Assembly: GCF_009914755.1 (NCBI RefSeq)
Contig: NC_060937.1
Origin: the human T2T-CHM13v2.0 reference genome, Homo sapiens
Reading direction: 5' to 3' (one strand)
Length of the DNA stretch: 64,000 bases
Positions within the stretch are counted from its first letter, which is position 1; every line of letters begins with the position of its first letter. Below, one piece after another: positions 59,073-64,000 of this stretch. The position numbers and the translations under genes are program-made. The notes below the pieces were generated by a model that had not been told where the DNA came from, did no database searches, and worked only from the letters and a program-made list of their open reading frames with translations.

Positions 59073-60796
59073 AACCCCTTCTTATTTTTAACCTATCTTT
59101 TTACTGTCTTGTATGCTACTTTTATAAGGCATCTTTTCCTTCTCATCTGTTCACGATACAATCACCTATGATTGTATGGCTTTTTTTTCTTTCCTTTTTC
59201 TCTTCCCTTTCCTCCCATTATTTCAGTTGCATTTTCAAATCTTTTCAGGACATATACAGTTTATGTATCATTTTTCTGTCTTGTTTTTATTCTTAGTTCT
59301 ACAGTTAAATACATAAAATGCTTACTTTGTGACCAGTCCTTTTGCTTACGTTTCTTTAGTCATCCCTTGTTTAGATGGAGCTCAAGCCCGGATGTTCCAT
59401 TGAATGTAATGTATCAGTGTCTCTCCTGTGCATCTAGGATTCTATTAGTTGTATAATGTTCTTGGCAGAACTGAGAACATAGTTAGCCTGTGGTCCAGAT
59501 GATGAACCTGGGTTGAGAAAGGGATTAGAACCCTCAGGAAAGATACATGTGTAAGTATTTTGTGAGTTCTTGCTTGTTCAAAGTTTTTTTATTAGCCTCG
59601 TTAGTTGAAGGACAGGTAGGCTTGATATACAATCCTTTTTACTGAGCTTCTTTTCTTATTTTTAGTATTTATTTATTTGAGACAGGTTCTAGAATGATTT
59701 TCTACTAGTCTTGCTTTTTATGTTGCTTTGCTAAGTCTGATGCCAGGCTGATTCATTCTCTGATATCATTCTGTGATATCTTTTAGCATGGAGGCCTCGA
59801 AGATATCTTTCATATGCGTAAAGTCTAATAGTTTACTAGGTTACATTTTTGGGGTAGTTTGTTCTTGGTCAGTTTTCCCCAGTTGGCTCTTAAAATGTGT
59901 AGATTCAGGTCTTTTATTTTCAGGAAGTTTTTTTAGAGTATTATTTTAAATATTCTGTTTTAGTGTTTTGAATATCTTCTTCCAGAGTTTGATGTATATG
60001 TATCTTGGAGGTATATGTATTTCTAATTATATAAATATTTGACCCTCTTTGCCTAATTTGTTTTATTCACTTCAACTTTGACCCTTTATACTTCTTTTTA
60101 AATTTCACTTTCTTATGGTTGTTTTTCTACTTTTCCTCAATGCCCTTTGTAAAATTTTCATTTGAATCTATTATTCTCCCTTGGACGTCTTAATTCCTTC
60201 TCTACTATGACTTTTTCTTTCTTTTGTTTCTTTCCTGGGTTCAAGCCACTCCTGTTTCATTACTTTCTTTTTTTTTCCTTTTCTATTTTTACTCTTCTTT
60301 GGGGTCTTGAACTGTAAGAGGTCCTGGAACATAAATTTGAGAATTGTTGCATCATACAGTAGTGGTTTACGTGGGGAATTTCAGAAGTACTGAGGCCTTT
60401 GACCTAGCCTCAGAAATTGCAGTGGTCTGAAGTGGTACATGGGCTTTGAATATTTTAAATGATAGCCAGGAGATTGTAATGTTTAGGAACTTCACTGAGA
60501 TATAGTTTGGAGTGTGGTACATCATGTGCTTATGTAACTTATGTACTTACTATCTCAAAAAAGGTCTAAGTCAGTGGTTCCCAAGTTTTCAGAGAAGAGT
60601 CATCTGAAGATCATATTCATTTTTCATAGTTTGTTGTTAGTATGTAGAATTACAGTTAACTTTAAAAATAACTTTATTGTGGAACAATAATAGACTCATT
60701 GGAAATGCAAAAATAGTTCACAGAGGTTCTATGTATTCTTTACCCAGCTTCCTCCAGTGGTAACATCCTACGTAACTATAGTATAATATCAAAACC

Positions 60797-61669
60797 GCCC
60801 TTTTGGCTCTCTGAGCAGCACCATGGCTGTTGGCAAGAACAAACGCCTTACGAAAGGAGGCAAAAAGGGAGCCAAGAAGAAAGTGGTTGATCCATTTTCT
60901 AAGAAAGAGTGGTATGATGTGAAAGCACCTTCTGTGTTCAATATAAGGAATATTGGAAAGATGCTAGTCACCAGGACCCAAGGAAACAAAATTGCATCTG
61001 ATGGCCTCAAGGGTCATGTGTTTGAAGTGAGTCTTGCTGATTTGCAGAAAGATGAGATTGCATTTAGAAAATTCAAGCTGATTACTGAAGATGTTCAGGG
61101 CAAAAACTTCCTAACTTCCTTGGCATGGATCTTACCTGTGACAAAATGTGTTCCATGGTCAAAAAATGGCAGACAGTGATTAAAGCTCATGTTGATGTCA
61201 GGACTACCGATGGTTACTTGCTTTGTCTGTTCTGTGTTGGTTTTCCTAAAAACAATGTAACAATCCGATATGGAAAACCTTTTATGCTCAGCACCAACAG
61301 GTCCGCCAAATCCGGAAGAATATGATGGAAATCAAGACCCGGGAGGTGCAGAAAAATGACTTGAAAGAAGTGGTCAATAAATTGATTCCAGACAGCATTG
61401 GAAAAGACATAGAAAAGACTTGCCAATCCATTTATCCTCTCCATGATGTCTTCGTTAGAAAAGTAAAAATGCTGAAGAAGCCCAAGTTTGAATTGGGAAA
61501 ACTCATGGAGCTTCATGGTGAAGGCAGTAGTTCTGGAAAAGCCACTGGGAGCAAGACAGGTGCTAAAGTTGAATGAGCTGATGGATATGAACCACCAGTC
61601 CAAGAATCTGTTTAAAGTTCAGACTTATAATAATGGCAAGTAAAAAGTCCTATTTGTGGAAAAAAAAAA
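60797..61669 (+). pseudogene. RPS3A: RPS3A (40S ribosomal protein eS1) processed pseudogene, full length
   Basis: [28 protein letters not shown] from ATG 60,823; intronless; 5' TOP cccttttggctctct; frameshifts near 61,110 (-4) and 61,252 (+2); premature TGA 61,574; ancestral TAA 61,613; polyA; TSD atcaaaacc at 60,788-60,796 and 61,670-61,678. Confidence 0.98.
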
Positions 61670-62265
61670 ATCAAAACCAGGAAATTGACATTGGTACAAT
61701 CTGCAGACCTTATTCAGATTTCACTAGTTTATACATGCACTCAGTTGTGTGTTCTGTGCAATTTAATCATGTGTATAGGTTCATGTAATCACTACCACAT
61801 CAAGTTACAGAACTGTTCCATCAGCACAGAGGAACTCCCTTAGGTTTCCTCTTTGTAGTCACTACAGTTGATTTCTTTATATTAATTTGTATCATGTGAC
61901 TTTGTTGAATTTGTCTTTTAATTCTAGTAGTTTTATTGTGGATTCCTTAGACTTTTTTTTATGTATAGGATCATAAAATGTGGTAATCATGAAATTGACT
62001 AGCAAGACAATTTTACCTCTTTTCCAATCTAGATACTTTCTCCTCCTTTCCCCCCTTCTTTTCTTTCCTCCTGCCTTATTGCACTGGATAGAACTTCCTT
62101 TAGAATATTGCGTAGAAATTATAAGATTAGATATTCCTCCCTTGTTCCTGATTTCAGGGGGAAAGCATTCAGTCCTTCAACATTAAGTGTGATTTTAGTT
62201 GTTTTCTTGTAGACGACTTACCAGGTTGAAAAATTTTTCTTCTAAGTCTAGGAGTTTTTAATCAC

Positions 62266-62796
62266 TGTGATAAGTTTAATAAAGTTGCTACCTTAGCATT
62301 CATTTTAGGCCTAACATAAATTGTTCGTAATTCAGTCATGCCCTGTCACCTTTGGCCTAGTTAGAACTTCCCCTCCCTGCCGTTGTTTGCAATATGGCCT
62401 ACTTGTGCCTCATCTCACTGACCCAAAATGCAACACACCATGAGCTGCCGATCACAGTAAAACCTAATGGTCAGCCTCAGAAGTCATGTGAATAAGTTCC
62501 CATTCACATTTGTTTTCTTTAACCAATTCACAAGAAGGAAAGCATAAGGAATAATGTCCCTTAAAGGTGTAGTTCCACAGTTCTTCTTTCTCCCTCTCCC
62601 TCCTGCTCCTTCCCTCTCCTGTCTCAGGACCTCCTGTCTGTCTCTGTTTGGCACTCTAACCTCTCTGGGACCTATGAGTAATAAACTTCTTTCGTTTCAT
62701 GTATTTTGCCTTAGCTTCCTCATTGTGTCTCCATTGAGACACACATACTGTATTGTTCTTGATATCATTTAACATCTTTTCTTTAACAAATCAACA
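62266..62796 (+). mobile_element. ERV solo LTR inserted in L1 (family uncertain)
   Basis: tgtga...caaca ends, aataaa at ~62,680; L1 sequence ttttaatca|tgaatggat rejoins across it. Confidence 0.7.
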
Positions 62797-62928
62797 GTCA
62801 TGAATGGATATTGGATTTTGGGAAATGCTTTTTCTATTGAGATGATCATGTGATTTTGTCCTTTATGATAGTAGTTATTATATTGATTTTTGGAGATTAA
62901 GCTAACCTTATATTCTTGGGATACATTT

Positions 62929-62930
<2 letters not shown>

Positions 62931-62986
<56 letters not shown>

Positions 62987-63222
62987 TGGGTCAGGGTCTT
63001 GCTCTGTTGCACAGGCTGGAGAGCGGTGGTGCAATCATAGCTCACTGTAACCCCAAACTCCGGGCTCAGGTGAGCCTCCCACCTCAGCCTCCTGAGTAGC
63101 TTGGACTACTGGTGTGTGCCACTAGGACCGGCGAATTTTTTAAGTTTTTTTTTAGAGATGGGGTCTCACTATGCTGCTGAGGCTGGTCTTGAACCCCTGG
63201 CTTCAAGTGGTCCTCTTGCCTT
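62931..63222 (-). mobile_element. AluJ-type, 5' truncated, with a 55-nt pure T tract
   Basis: cagggtct and caatcatagctcac J-type diagnostics; T run 62,931-62,985. Confidence 0.93.
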
Positions 63223-63863
63223 AAGGAGAGAGAAACTAGATTAAAATACAAAAGTAAATACCCAAGCCTAGAGAAGGGGAAAGATAGTGATGACTATTAT
63301 TAACAAATTAATTATAGTGATTATTATTTTTTGCTTACCATTAGTTAATTTTGGATAGCAGACACATACATTCAAATATTTTAATAGTCCATGAAATATA
63401 TAGGTGGGTAGTCTGGTTCTAGACACATGTTAAGCTGAAGTGCCAAGGATAGGAAGTAAGGTTGAAAGTAGTGGCATTCTTTTACTGAAAAGACATTTAC
63501 TTTTTGGGTTGTTTTGCAGGTATAATGGTATCTCATCTACATTGTCACTTTGCCTAGTTTACTATTTTGTTTTTTGTTTGTTTCAGTGAATTCCTGAAAG
63601 AGAAAAAATAAACAACATGATTCTCTCTGTAACAGCCCCCCGGACCCCCTCACCCAGTGTTCAGCATGATATAGACCCTTGTGTTTACCCTTTTTTTAAA
63701 ACCAGGAAATGGCGCTCCTGGTGTTTGGTGTGAGCACTGATTATGCTTGGTCATCAGAAATGAATGAACTGGCAAGGGAAATGAATAAATGAGCTCAGAG
63801 AAAGCAAAACTGAATCATGCTGAAGATGCTTTCTAGGATGATTGTATTTCTGAAACCTTAAAT

Positions 63864-64000
63864 CAAGCTTGTCCAACCTATGGCCCATGGGCTGCATGTG
63901 GCCCAGAATGGCTTTGAATGCAGCCCAACACAAATTTGTAAATTTTCTTAGAACATTACAAGATTTTTTTGTGATTTATTTATTATTTACTTATTTTTAG
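63864..64000. mobile_element. MER30-like hAT MITE, runs off the window
   Basis: caagcttgtccaacc...gctgcatgtggcccagaatggctttgaatgcagcccaacacaaatt. Confidence 0.85.

Larger units (their letters stand above)
60660..62930 (-). mobile_element. Old L1 3' region hosting the RPS3A retrocopy and an LTR
   Basis: Rejoined flanks read aactatagtataatatcaaaacc|aggaaattgacattggtacaat, typical of an antisense L1M 3' end. Confidence 0.8.

Noticed and set aside
60823-61615. Functional RPS3A gene
   Set aside because: Intronless, two frameshifts, premature stop, polyA and TSD
63500-63735. Candidate exon 2 from acceptor-like sites at 63,520, 63,587 and 63,705
   Set aside because: No convincing acceptor-donor pair or coding frame; needs transcript data

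Overview
Primate (human-like) nuclear DNA: many Alus including young AluY-type copies, plus L1, L2, MIR, MaLR/ERV solo LTRs and Tigger/hAT DNA-transposon relics. Positions 1-41,300 look intergenic; I found no credible coding exon there, but there are several unique AT-rich, enhancer-like blocks. A ~1.1 kb CpG island at ~41,380-42,460 has CCAAT and GC boxes, a strong-Kozak ATG (41,684) and a canonical donor (GT at 41,732). It most likely marks the promoter and first exon of a + strand gene that I cannot name. Everything downstream is probably its first intron and includes a full-length, disabled RPS3A processed pseudogene (60,797-61,669) nested in an old L1. Apart from the RPS3A fragments, the supplied ORFs appear to be repeat-derived or chance. 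I do not see a convincing new multi-gene system. The best oddities are structural: a head-to-head chimeric Alu inside one TSD, a ~170 bp local duplication with a triplicated junction motif, an unclassified 190 bp insert in an L1, and tandem splice donors behind an Arg-rich mini reading frame. Repeat subfamily names come from memory of consensus sequences, and boundaries of old repeats are approximate.
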